Shown here in pieces: positions 28,537 to 42,341 of a stretch of 64,000 nucleotides of DNA (within the stretch, counting starts at the first letter, position 1; each line of letters begins with the position of its first letter). Under the pieces are notes generated by a model. It saw nothing but the letters and a program-made list of their open reading frames with translations, ran no database searches and was not told where the DNA came from. The position numbers and the translations under genes were made by a program. The DNA is from Tubiluchus corallicola (Eukaryota; Animalia; Priapulida), in NCBI GenBank assembly GCA_030141605.1, contig JAQGDQ010000948.1:13837-77836 (forward strand), in the 5' to 3' direction.

Positions 28537-29028
28537 GTAAGTCTTAATGATGGATGATTAAACAAAGCCAAACCTTCCGCTTTTTAAGAAATTAAGTTCT
28601 CTTTTTTGATAAGAATAATCAATAGTCCTAAGGTACAACAAGTGGCATTTCATTGCTACAGAACAGCATGACTCCGTTACGTTTAATACAGTCCAACTTG
28701 CTGCAAAATTAGATTTCAATGAAATAAAGACAATTCTTTAACTGAGGACCAACTGGTAGTTTATTATCGAACAGAAAAAAATCAGAATTGATACAAACGT
28801 GAGCTTAAGTGAATCACCTGAAGAGAAAAATGCGAATAGAGCACTGAACCCATGATGCAACCTGTGTCTAACAAAATAACAATAACAATAGTTATTAGTG
28901 AGTGGACACCAATAAAAGGTTGTAGTTTAACTTTGCAGCTAGATTGAGCATCTGTTTTGCATGGAAGCAATGTTGACATGCATGTGTAGGTGCTTTCTTT
29001 TTCAGACTTCTCTTCAATGAATGATAAC

Positions 29029-29092
<64 letters not shown>

Positions 29093-30932
29093 CTGAAGAT
29101 GATGATGATGGTGATGGTGATGATGGTGAAGGTGATGATGATGATGATGATAATATTAAATATATAATTATGTTATACGAGTTTAGCATGTAGAAACTTA
29201 AATTATAACAGAGCAAATTATAAGTAAAACTAATACTATTTATCCTAACCTATATGCATTTTGCCAGTGAAAGTACCACATGACTAGTATGATTGGAGGT
29301 GCTGCATTGTAGCCCATTGAAAATAGATATTTCCAAACTTGTTAAGTAATTAGCAGTGCTCCAATTTCGTAATTGCTTTTGTCTCCATGAAATTGTGCAG
29401 TGTAAGAGAGCATAGGCTACAAACATCATCCAGCCCATTGAAAATAGATATTTCCAAACTTGCTAAGTAATTAGCAGTGCTCCAATTTCGTAATTGCTTT
29501 TGTCTCTATGAAAATGTGCAGTGTAAAACAGCATAGGCTGCACGCATCAAAAAGTGATGATGATATGAGCAGGAATTGATGACGTATCGTAATTAATTGA
29601 CACCACCGCAGTATTTTCTAATTAGAGTAATCCACGGTACCTGATTAAAATAAATTAGAATTACTATGCAACTAGAAAATGTCAGTTCCATCATTGCCAA
29701 CCTGCCTCAAGAGATTCTTTGACGAAATAATGACAACAACAACTCAAACTTTCTAACTCTTTGAATACCATATGTAGCTTTACGTTTCACTTAGGCTAAT
29801 CATTCAGTATATGTACGATTACTTTATTTCTAGTAAAATAAAGCACAGTACACATTATTTCCAGGCTGGGACAACAAAACTACAGTACACTGCACTACCT
29901 GCACTACAAGACACAACATACCAACTTAGCAATGTAACATAACAGTGAACACCTATAATTATCACAGACACGTAGATGGGACAATATGTAATTTATAGTA
30001 GACAGGGCCGGCTCTACCGTTAAGGCAAACTAGACAGTTGTTTGCGGCGCCAAATTCTGGAATTTGACACCATTGAAACACAAAATTTTAATTTGCAGTT
30101 TAGACTGTAATTTAGCATCAAGTTATACCTGGTAGATCTACTGAATATTGTATTTTATTTATGCTGTGTTAACAATTGTAAGTGATTCTGAGGGTGCCCA
30201 ATGCAACTGTACACTTTAAAACGTCCTATAAAAAACATCAGAAGAGTTTTGCAGAAAGTGCACTCAAAAAGCAACAGTTTTTTATTCAACGAAACAAAGA
30301 CTTAGTCATGAAAATTGTTTAGTTGTCTTCAAGGACAAATTATTTAAATTTTGTTTCTTGGCTTGCTTTACCTGCGCCATGGACAGGTGTATTTGTTTTT
30401 ACTGAAAGCATGCTATGCAATTGCGTTCTTCAAACTTTGGATGAATCCTACCTATTTACACTCGCACCAGACAGCACATTTGCTTTAGCGCAAGTGTAGA
30501 ATATGTGTTGCCTATTGCATCCAAGAATAGCTATAGAAATATAACAAATGAAAATCAAGTTTATCGGGTGGCAAAAACTTTTGTGTAAGTATAGTTGATG
30601 CATTTGCGATTACATGTTGATGCATTCTATTGCACGATTGTGTAGCACTATAAACACACGCAAGGTAAGTATTTTCCAGTATAGCCTACAAGTGATTCAG
30701 AAGCGGCAGGAGTTCTCTTCTGTCATGTACTCTTCAGAAAAGCTTACTTAGCAACATGTGTTTACATTGTATAACAGAAACAGTTAAGCAGTAGATATGT
30801 CAGTCTTGCAAGATCTATTTGCAGCCCAATAACCTTGAATTCATTTTGTGTAAATATCTGTAAACTGGTTTAGTGGCTGTTGTTTTCAGAACTTCGCTGA
30901 TCAAAAAAAAACTAATTAAGTTGTCGTTTGGT

Positions 30933-32132
30933 ATGGATGCAGCCATCAGCACCAATTCCACACCAGCACGAAATTGTCGCAGAGAAAGCAATGGAAGTTT
31001 CAGTTATTCTGGCATGCACTCAATAGCAACTCTAGATGTTATTGACAACAGTTCAATTGCTAATGACCAGCAGAAAAACAATTTTGATAACATTGTCATC
31101 ATGGACTCAGAAAAGCAGCTTGACAACTGTGAAAAATATCCTGTGAAATGTGAAAAGCAAGAATCTGATACTCACGGCAGCCACTATGTGGTGGAAATCT
31201 GGGATGGGTTCAGCTATCTCAGCGTTTTTCTAAAGGTTGTTGGAATATGGCCTTATGTCACAAGTTCTTCTAAATTTCTTCAAAAACTTGAAAATTGCTA
31301 TTTTCTTTACACCATTATCATTTGCCTTCTTCTAGCTTTCAATGCCGTAGCTCAGATATTGCTTATGGTGCGTGATCTTCAAGGGAAAATGAACACAACA
31401 GTGATGATCGAATACTTAGTAGCAGTCATTTGGTATGTGGAAGGACTCATACATGGAGCTGTTATGCTTAGTATCCACAGTCGCTTTCCCCAGATGATGA
31501 ACGAATGGTCATTGTCTCTCAAACTCAGCGGGGGCATCCATGGCACTGTTGCTTACATGAAGAAAGTGAGTTTCGTTCTCCTTAGTCTTTTAGCAGTAAC
31601 TGTGACTGGTTATGTCTACGTAATAACAGAATTTGTCTGGAACAATTTTAATTATGATCAGATGCCATTTTATGTGTTTGGCTATAACATCTACACTTGG
31701 GACCATCCATATCAGGAACTGGCAGTGCTATTTTGTTATGCATCTGGAATATGGGCTTACATATTCATAGGATGGCCACAACTTGTCATAATAATGTGGA
31801 GCATTGTGACGCTGCATGAGATGGATATTATAAACAATCAAATAGAGGAAGTCGTCAATTCAGAAGACACGCAACTGATCAGCAACAACATTGGACACCT
31901 GCGACAGAAACATCAAAACATATGCAGAAGAATAGTCACGTTCAACGACATGGTTGGGGTCATCTCTGCAAGCAAATATGGCTTTGACATTATCTCTTAT
32001 TTAATGCTAATATATGTAGCCGTTTTTGAGGAAGGCGATGTTTACAGCTCGTGGAGTCATTGCACTGACATACTCGAAGCGACTACGTATTTCATCATTT
32101 ACAGTTATGTGGTATCTTCTGTTAATCTTAAG
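30933..32132 (+). CDS. GRL variable exon V4, 400 codons
   Basis: First ATG at 30933 (MDAAIST); ends NLK|GTAAGT, phase 0. Confidence 0.92.
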
Positions 32133-32625
32133 GTAAGTCTTAATGATGGATGATTAAACAAAGCCAAACCTACTGCTTTTTAAGAAATTAAGTTCTCTTG
32201 GTTTTATAAGAATAATCAATAGTCCTGAGGTACAACAAGTGGCATATCATTGCTACAGAACAGCATGATCCTGTTACGTTTAATACAGTCCAACTTGCTG
32301 CAAAATTAGATTTCAATGAAATAAAGACAATTCTTTAACTGAGGACCAACTGGTAGTTTATTATCGAACAGAAAAAAATCAGAATTGATACAAACGTGAG
32401 CTTAAGTGAATCACCTGAAGAGAAAAATGCGAATAGAGCACTGAACCCATGATGCAACCTGTGTCTAACAAAATAACAATAACAATAGTTATTAGTGAGT
32501 GGACACCAATAAAAGGTTGTAGTTTAACTTTGCAGCTAGATTGAGCATCTGTTTTGCATGGAAGCAATGTTGACATGCATGTGTAGGTGCTTTCTTTTTC
32601 AGACTTCTCTTCAATGAATGATAAC

Positions 32626-32682
<57 letters not shown>

Positions 32683-34514
32683 GATGATGGTGATGGTGAT
32701 GATGGTGAAGGTGATGATGATGATGATGATAATATTAAATATATAATTATGTTATACGAGTTTAGCATGTAGAAACTTAAATTATAACAGAGCAAATTAT
32801 AAGTAAAACTAATACTATTTATCCTAACCTATATGCATTTTGCCAGTGAAAGTACCACATGACTAGTATGATTGGAGGTGCTGCATTGTAGCCCATTGAA
32901 AATAGATATTTCCAAACTTGTTAAGTAATTAGCAGTGCTCCAATTTCGTAATTGCTTTTGTCTCTATGAAATTGTGCAGTGTAAGAGAGCATAGGCTACA
33001 AACATCATCCAGCCCATTGAAAATAGATATTTCCAAACTTGCTAAGTAATTAGCAGTGCTCCAATTTCGTAATTGCTTTTGTCTCTATGAAAATGTGCAG
33101 TGTAAAACAGCATAGGCTGCACGCATCAAAAAGTGATGATGATATGAGCAGGAATTGATGACGTATCGTAATTATTTGACACCACCGCAGTATTTTCTAA
33201 TTAGAGTAATCCACGGTACCTGATTAAAATAAATTAGAATTGCTATGCAACTGGAAAATGTCAGTTCCATCATTGCCAACCTGTCTCAAAGGATTCTTTG
33301 ACGAAATGATGACAACAACAACTCAAACCTTCTAACTCTTTTAATACCATATGTAGCTCTACGTTTCGCTTAAGCTAATCATTCAGTATAGGTACGATTA
33401 CTTTATTTCTAGTAAAATAAAGCACGGTACACATTATTTCCAGGCTGGGACAATAAAACTACACTACACTGCACTACCTGCACTACAAGACAGAATATAC
33501 CAACATAGCAATGTAACATAACAGTGAATACCTATAATTATCACAGACACAAAGCTGGGACAATATATAATTTATAGTAGACAGGGCCGGCTCTACCGTT
33601 AAGGCAAACTAGATAGTTGTTTGCGGCGCCAAATTCTGGAATTTGACACCATTGAAACACAAAATTTTAATTTGCAGTTTAGACTGTAATTTAGCATCAA
33701 GTTATACCTGGTAGATCTACTGAATATTGTATTTTATTTATGCTGTGTTAACAATTGTAAGTGATTCTGAAGGTGCCCAATGCAACTGTACACTTTAAAA
33801 CGTCCAATAAAATCCATCAGAAGAGTTTTGCAGAAAGTGCACTCAAAAACTAACAGTTGTTTATTCAGCGAAACAAAGACTTATCATGAAAATTGTTTAG
33901 TTGTTTTCTAGGACAAATTATTTAAATTTTGTTTCTTGGTTTGCTTTACCTGTGCCATGGACAGGTGTATTTGTTTTTACTGAAAGCATGCTATGCACTT
34001 GCGTTCTTCAAACTTTGGATGAATCCTACCTATTTACACTCGCACCGGACAGCACGTTTACTTTAGCACAGGTGTAGAATATGTGTTGCCTATTGCTTCC
34101 AAGAATAGCTGTAAAAATGTAACAAATGAAAATCAAGTTTATCGAGTGGCAAAAACTTTTGTGTAAGTATAGTTGATGCATTTGTGATTACATGTTGATG
34201 CATTCTATGGCACGATTGTGTAGCACTATAAACACACGCAAGGTAAGTATTTTCCAGTATAGCCTACAAGTGATTCAGAAGCAGCAGGAGTTCTCTTCTG
34301 TGGAGCACTCTTCAGAAAAGCTTACTTAGCAACATGTGTTTACATTGTATAACAGAAACAGTTAAGCAGTAGAATGAGTAGATATGTCAGTCTTGCAAGA
34401 TCTATTTGCTGCCCAATAACCTTGAATTCATTTTGTGTAAATATCTGTAAACTGGTTTAGTGGCTGTTGTTTTCAGAACTTAGCTGATCAAAAACAACTA
34501 ACTTGTCGTTTAGC

Positions 34515-35714
34515 ATGGATGCTGTCATCAGCACCAATTCCACACCAGCACGAAATTGTCGCAGAGAAAGCAATGGAAGATTCAGTTATTCTGGCATGTG
34601 CTCAATAGCAACTCTACATGTCATCGACAACAGTTCAATTGCTAATGACCAACACAAAAACAATTATGACAACATTCTTATCATAGACCCAGAAAAGCAG
34701 CTTGACAAGTGTGAAAAATATCCTGTGAAATGTGAAAAGCAAGAATCAGATATTCTTGGCAGGAACTATGTGGTGGAAATCTGGGATGGGTTCAGTTATC
34801 TCAACATTTTCCTAAAATTTGGTGGAATATGGCCGTTTGTTACTGGCTCTTCTAAATTTCTCCAAAAGTTTGAAAAATGTTTTTTTATTTACACCATTAT
34901 CATTTGTTTTCTACTGGCTTTCAACACATTAGCATTGATAGTGAGCATGGTACGTGATCTTCATGGAGAGATGAATGCGACACGAATGATCGATTATTTA
35001 GTAGAAGTAGGTTGGTGGGGGGAAGGACTTATACATGGAGCTGTCATGCTAAGTATCCACAGTCACTTTCCTCAATTGATGAAAGATTGGTCAGCATCTC
35101 TCAAACTCAGTGGCGACATCTATGGCACTGTTGATTACATGAAGAAAGTGAGTTTTGCTCTCCTCGGTGTTTTAACAATACCTATGATTGGCGCCATCTA
35201 TGTAACAACAGAATTTGTCTGGGACAGTCTTGATTACAAAGAGACACCATTTTATGTGTTTGGCTATAACATCTACAGTTGGGATCATCCATATCAGGAA
35301 CTGGCAGTGTTATTTTGTTATGCATCAGGAGTATGGGCTTACATATTCATAGAATGGCCACAACTTGTCATAATAATGTGGAGCATTGTGACGCTGCGTG
35401 AGATGGATATCATAAACAAGCAAATAGAGGAAGTCGTCAACTCAGAAGACATGCAACTGATCAGCAGCAACATTGCACATCTGCGACAGAAACACCAAAA
35501 TATTTGCAAAAGAATAGTCACGTTCAGTGACATGGTTGGCATCATCTCTGCAAGCAGATATGGTTTCGATATCTTCACCTTTTTGGTAGTTATCTATATG
35601 GCAATTTTTGAGGAAGGCGGTGCACACAAGTCCTGGGGATATTACACTGACATACTTGAATCAACTACGTATTTCATCATATACAGTTATGTGGTATCTT
35701 CTGTTAATCTTAAG
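34515..35714 (+). CDS. GRL variable exon V5 (chimeric), 400 codons
   Basis: ATG at 34515; ends NLK|GTAAGT; N-terminus is V4/V7-like, TM region is V2/V3-like. Confidence 0.92.
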
Positions 35715-36207
35715 GTAAGTCTTAATGATGGATGATTAAACAAAGCCAAACCTTCCGCTTTTTAAGCTATTAAGTTCTCTTGGTTTGATAAGAATAATCA
35801 ATAGTCCTAAGGTACAACAAGTGGCATATCATTGCTACAGAACAGCATGACTCCGTTACGTTTAATACAGAACAACTTGCTGCAAAATTAGATTTCAATG
35901 AAATAAAGACAATTCTTTAACTGAGGACCAACTGGTAGTTTATTATCGAACAGGAAAAAATCAGAATTGATACAAACGTGAGCTTAAGTGAATCACCTGA
36001 AGAGAAAAATGCGAATAGAGCACTGAACCCATGATGCAACCTGTGTCTAACAAAATAACAATAACAATAGTTATTAGTGAGTGGACACCAATAAAAGGTT
36101 GTAGTTTAACTTCGCAGCTAGATTGAGCATCTGTTTTGCATGGAAGCAATGTTAACATGCATGTGTAGGTGCTTACTTTTTCAGGCTTCTCTTCAATGAA
36201 TGATAAC

Positions 36208-36247
<40 letters not shown>

Positions 36248-38102
36248 GTGATGGTGATGATGATGAAGATGATGATGATGGTGATGGTGATGATGGTGAA
36301 GGTGATGATGATGATGATGATAATATTAAATATATAATTATGTTATACGAGTTTAGCATGTAGAAACTTAAATTATAACAGAGCAAATTATAAGTAAAAC
36401 TAATACTATTTATCCTAACCTATATGCATTTTGCCAGTGAAAGTACCACATGACTAGTATGATTGGAGGTGCTGCATTGTAGCCCATTGAAAATAGATAT
36501 TTCCAAACTTGTTAAGTAATTAGCAGTGCTCCAGTTTCGTAATTGCTTTTGTCTCCATGAAATTGTGCAGTGTAAGAGAGCATAGGCTACAAACATCATC
36601 CAGCCCATTGAAAATAGATATTTCCAAACTTGCTAAGTAATTAGCAGTGCTCCAATTTCGTAATTGCTTTTGTCTCTATGAAAATGTGCAGTGTAAAACA
36701 GCATAGGCTGCACGCATCAAAAAGTGATGATGATATGAGCAGGAATTGATGACGTATCGTAATTATTTGACACCACCGCAGTATTTTCTAATTAGAGTAA
36801 TCCACGGTACCTGATTAAAATAAATTAGAATTACTATGCAACTAGAAAATGTCAGTTCCATCATTGCCAACCTGCCTCAAGAGATTCTTTGACGAAATAA
36901 TGACAACAACAACTCAAACTTTCTAACTCTTTGAATACCATATGTAGCTTTACGTTTCACTTAGGCTAATCATTCAGTATATGTACGATTACTTTATTTC
37001 TAGTAAAATAAAGCACAGTACACATTATTTCCAGGCTGGGACAACAAAACTACAGTACACTGCACTACCTGCACTACAAGACACAACATACCAACTTAGC
37101 AATGTAACATAACAGTGAACACCTATAATTATCACAGACACGTAGATGGGACAATATGTAATTTATAGTAGACAGGGCCGGCTCTACCGTTAAGGCAAAC
37201 TAGACAGTTGTTTGCGGCGCCAAATTCTGGAATTTGACACCATTGAAACACAAAATTTTAATTTGCAGTTTAGACTGTAATTTAGCATCAAGTTATACCT
37301 GGTAGATCTACTGAATATTGTATTTTATTTATGCTGTGTTAACAATTGTAAGTGATTCTGAGGGTGCCCAATGCAACTGTACACTTTAAAACGTCCTATA
37401 AAAAACATCAGAAGAGTTTTGCAGAAAGTGCACTCAAAAAGCAACAGTTTTTTATTCAACGAAACAAAGACTTAGTCATGAAAATTGTTTAGTTGTCTTC
37501 AAGGACAAATTATTTAAATTTTGTTTCTTGGCTTGCTTTACCTGCGCCATGGACAGGTGTATTTGTTTTTACTGAAAGCATGCTATGCAATTGCGTTCTT
37601 CAAACTTTGGATGAATCCTACCTATTTACACTCGCACCAGACAGCACATTTGCTTTAGCGCAAGTGTAGAATATGTGTTGCCTATTGCATCCAAGAATAG
37701 CTATAGAAATATAACAAATGAAAATCAAGTTTATCGGGTGGCAAAAACTTTTGTGTAAGTATAGTTGATGCATTTGCGATTACATGTTGATGCATTCTAT
37801 TGCACGATTGTGTAGCACTATAAACACACGCAAGGTAAGTATTTTCCAGTATAGCCTACAAGTGATTCAGAAGCGGCAGGAGTTCTCTTCTGTCATGTAC
37901 TCTTCAGAAAAGCTTACTTAGCAACATGTGTTTACATTGTATAACAGAAACAGTTAAGCAGTAGATATGTCAGTCTTGCAAGATCTATTTGCAGCCCAAT
38001 AACCTTGAATTCATTTTGTGTAAATATCTGTAAACTGGTTTAGTGGCTGTTGTTTTCAGAACTTCGCTGATCAAAAAAAAACTAATTAAGTTGTCGTTTG
38101 GT

Positions 38103-39302
38103 ATGGATGCAGCCATCAGCACCAATTCCACACCAGCACGAAATTGTCGCAGAGAAAGCAATGGAAGTTTCAGTTATTCTGGCATGCACTCAATAGCAAC
38201 TCTAGATGTTATTGACAACAGTTCAATTGCTAATGACCAGCAGAAAAACAATTTTGATAACATTGTCATCATGGACTCAGAAAAGCAGCTTGACAACTGT
38301 GAAAAATATCCTGTGAAATGTGAAAAGCAAGAATCTGATACTCACGGCAGCCACTATGTGGTGGAAATCTGGGATGGGTTCAGCTATCTCAGCGTTTTTC
38401 TAAAGGTTGTTGGAATATGGCCTTATGTCACAAGTTCTTCTAAATTTCTTCAAAAACTTGAAAATTGCTATTTTCTTTACACCATTATCATTTGCCTTCT
38501 TCTAGCTTTCAATGCCGTAGCTCAGATATTGCTTATGGTGCGTGATCTTCAAGGGAAAATGAACACAACAGTGATGATCGAATACTTAGTAGCAGTCATT
38601 TGGTATGTGGAAGGACTCATACATGGAGCTGTTATGCTTAGTATCCACAGTCGCTTTCCCCAGATGATGAACGAATGGTCATTGTCTCTCAAACTCAGCG
38701 GGGGCATCCATGGCACTGTTGCTTACATGAAGAAAGTGAGTTTCGTTCTCCTTAGTCTTTTAGCAGTAACTGTGACTGGTTATGTCTACGTAATAACAGA
38801 ATTTGTCTGGAACAATTTTAATTATGATCAGATGCCATTTTATGTGTTTGGCTATAACATCTACACTTGGGACCATCCATATCAGGAACTGGCAGTGCTA
38901 TTTTGTTATGCATCTGGAATATGGGCTTACATATTCATAGGATGGCCACAACTTGTCATAATAATGTGGAGCATTGTGACGCTGCATGAGATGGATATTA
39001 TAAACAATCAAATAGAGGAAGTCGTCAATTCAGAAGACACGCAACTGATCAGCAACAACATTGGACACCTGCGACAGAAACATCAAAACATATGCAGAAG
39101 AATAGTCACGTTCAACGACATGGTTGACATCATCTCTGCAAGCAGATATGGCTTTGACATTATCTCTTATTTAATGCTAATATATTTAGCCGTTTTTGAG
39201 GAAGGCGATGTTGACAGCTCGTGGAGTCATTGCACTGACATACTCGAAGCGACTACGTATTTCATCATTTACAGTTATGTGGTATCTTCTGTTAATCTTA
39301 AG
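38103..39302 (+). CDS. GRL variable exon V6, 400 codons (near-identical to V4)
   Basis: ATG at 38103; ends NLK|GTAAGT; 5 aa differences from V4, all in the last ~60 codons. Confidence 0.9.
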
Positions 39303-39743
39303 GTAAGTCTTAATGATGGATGATTAAACAAAGCTACACCTACTGCTTTTTAAGCTATTAAGTTCTCTTGGTTTTATAAGAATAATCAATAGTCCTAAGG
39401 TACAACAAGTGGCATATCATTGCTACAGAACAGCATGACTCCGTTACGTTTAATACAGAACAACTTGCTGCAAAATTAGATTTCAATGAAGTAAAGAAAA
39501 TTCTTTGACTGAGGACAAACTGGTAGTCTATTATCGAACAGGAAAAAAATCAGAATTGATACGAACGCGAGCTTAAGTGAATCACCTGAAGAGAAAAATG
39601 CGAATAGAGCACTGAACCCATGATGCAACCTGTGTCTAACAAAATAACAATAACTTTGCAGCTATGTTGAGCATCTGTTTTGCATGGAAGACATGCATGT
39701 GTAGGTGTTTACTTTTTCAATCTTCTCTTCAATGAATAACAAC

Positions 39744-39798
<55 letters not shown>

Positions 39799-41141
39799 GT
39801 GATGGTGGTGATGGTGATGGTGAAGGTGATGATGATGATGATGACGATGATGATGATAATATTGAATATATAGTTTAGCATGCAGAAACTTAAATTATAG
39901 CAGAGCAAATTATAAGTAAAACTAATACTATTTATCCTAACCTATATGCATTTAGCCAGTGAAAGTACCACTTGACTAGTATGATTGGATGTGCTGCATT
40001 CCAGCCCATTGAAAATAGATATCTCCAAACTTGTTAAGTAATTAGCAGTGATCCAATTTCGTAATTGCTTTTGTCTCTATGAAATTGTGCAGTGTAAGAG
40101 AGCATAGGCTACACATATCATTCCAGCCCATTGAAAATAGATATTTCCAAACTTGTAAAGTGATTAGCAGTGCTCCAACTTCGTAATTGCTTTTGTCTCT
40201 ATGAAAATGTGCAGTGTAAAACAGCATAGGCTACACACATCAAAAATTGATGATGATATGAGCAGGAATTGATGATGTGTCGTAATCATTTGACACCACC
40301 GCAGTATTTTCTAATTAGAGTATATTAGCATCAAGTTATACCTGGTAGATCAACTGAATTTTGTATTTTATATGTGCTGCGTTAACAATTGCAAGTGATT
40401 CTGAGGGTGCTCAATGCAACTGTATGCTTTAAAACGTCCAATAAAAACCATCAGAAGAGTTTTGCAGAAAGTGCACTCAAAAACTAACAGTTTTTTATTC
40501 AATGAAACAAAGACTTAGTCATGAAAATTGTTTAGCTGTCTTCTAGCACAAATATTTAAATTTTGTTGCTTGGTTTGCTTTACCTATGCCATGGACGGGT
40601 GTATTTGTTTTTACTGAAAGCATGCTAAGCAATTGTATTCTTCAAACTGTGGATGAATCCTACCTATTTACACTCGCACCGGTCAACACATTTGCTTTAG
40701 CGCAGGTGTAGAATATGTGTTGCCTATTGCTTCCAAGAATAGCTGTAAAAGTATCACAGATGAAAATCAAGTTTATCGAGTGGCAAAAACTTTTGTGTAA
40801 GTATAGTTGATGCATTTGTGATTGCATGTTGATGCATTCTATGGCACGATTGTGTAGCACTATAAACACACGCAAGGTAAGTATTTTCCAGTATAGCCTA
40901 AAAGTGATGCAGAAGCTACAGGAGTTCTCTTCTGTGGTGCACTCTTCAGAATGCTTACTTAGCAACATGTGTTTACATTGTATAACAGAAACAGTTAAGC
41001 AGTAGATATGTCAGTCTTGCAAGATCTATTTACAGCCCGAAAACCTTGAATTCATTTTATGTAAATATCTGTAAACTGGTTTAGTGGCTGTTGTTTTCAG
41101 AACTTAGCTGATAAAAAAAACTAATTAAGTTGTCGTTTAGC

Positions 41142-42341
41142 ATGGATACTGCCATCAGCACCACTTCCACACCAGCACGAAATTGTCGCAGAGAAAGCAA
41201 TGGAAGTATCAGTTATTCTGGCATGTACTCAATAGCAACTCTAGATGTCATCGACAACAGTTCAATTGCTAATGACCAGCACAAAAACAATTATGAGAAC
41301 ATTCTCATCATGGAACCAGAAAAGCAGCTGGACAAGTGTGAAAAATATCCTGAGAAATGTGCAAAGCAAGAATCAGATATTCACGGCAGCCACTATGTGA
41401 TGGAAATCTGGGATGGGTTCAGCTATCTCAGCGTTTTTCTAAAGGTTGTTGGAATATGGCCTTATGTCACAAGTTCTTCTAAATTTCTTCAAAAGCTTGA
41501 AAATTGTTATTTTCTTTACACCGTTATCATTTGCCTTCTTCTAGCTTTCAATGCCGTAGCTCAGATATTGCTCATGGTGCGTGACCTTCAAGGGAAAATG
41601 AACGCAACAGCGATGATCGAATACTTAGTAGCAGTCATTTGGTATGTGGAAGGACTCATACATGGAGCTGTCATGCTTAGTATCCACAGTCGCTTTCCCC
41701 AGATGATGAACGAATGGTCATTGTCTCTCAAACTCAGCGGGGGCATCCATGGCACTGTTGCTTACATGAGGAAAGTGAGTTTCGTTCTCCTTAGTCTTTT
41801 AGCAATAACTCTGACTGGTTATGTCTACATAATGACAGAATTTGTCTGGGACAATTTTAATTATGACGAGATGCCATTTTATGTATTTGGCTGTAACATC
41901 TACACTTGGGACCATCCGTATCAAGAACTGGCAGTGTTCTTTTTTTATGCATCAGGAGTATGGGCTTACATATTCATAGACTGGCCACAACTTGTCATAA
42001 TAATGTGGAGCATTGTGATGCTGCGTGAGATGGATATCATGAACAATCAAATAGAGGAAGTCGTCAACTCAGAAGACACGCAACTGATCAGCAACAACAT
42101 TGCACATCTGCGACAGAAACATCAAAACATTTCCAAAAGAATAGTCACATTCAGTGACATGGTTGGCATCATCTCTGCAAGCAGATATGGCTTTGACATT
42201 ATCTCTTATTTAATGTTAATATATATAGCCGTTTTTGAGGAAGGCGATGTTTACAACTCGTGGAGTCATTGCACTGACATACTCGAAGCGACTACGTATT
42301 TCATCATATACAGTTATGTGGTATCTTCTGTTAATCTTAAG
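41142..42341 (+). CDS. GRL variable exon V7, 400 codons
   Basis: ATG at 41142; ends NLK|GTAAGT, phase 0. Confidence 0.92.

Noticed and set aside
28782-29216. Minus-strand ORF recurring in the spacers (also 32379 and 35961)
   Set aside because: Recurs only because the spacers are recent duplicates; non-ATG start, spans a (GAT)n tract, and is disrupted in the later copies.
30649-30654. TATA box for V4-V7
   Set aside because: TATAAA is common in AT-rich DNA and lies only 10 nt before the putative donor; it cannot be supported without TSS data.
30873-30932. GTG/TTG-initiated N-terminal extensions of V4-V7
   Set aside because: Artefact of prokaryotic start codons in the ORF track; the first ATGs are at 30933, 34515, 38103 and 41142.
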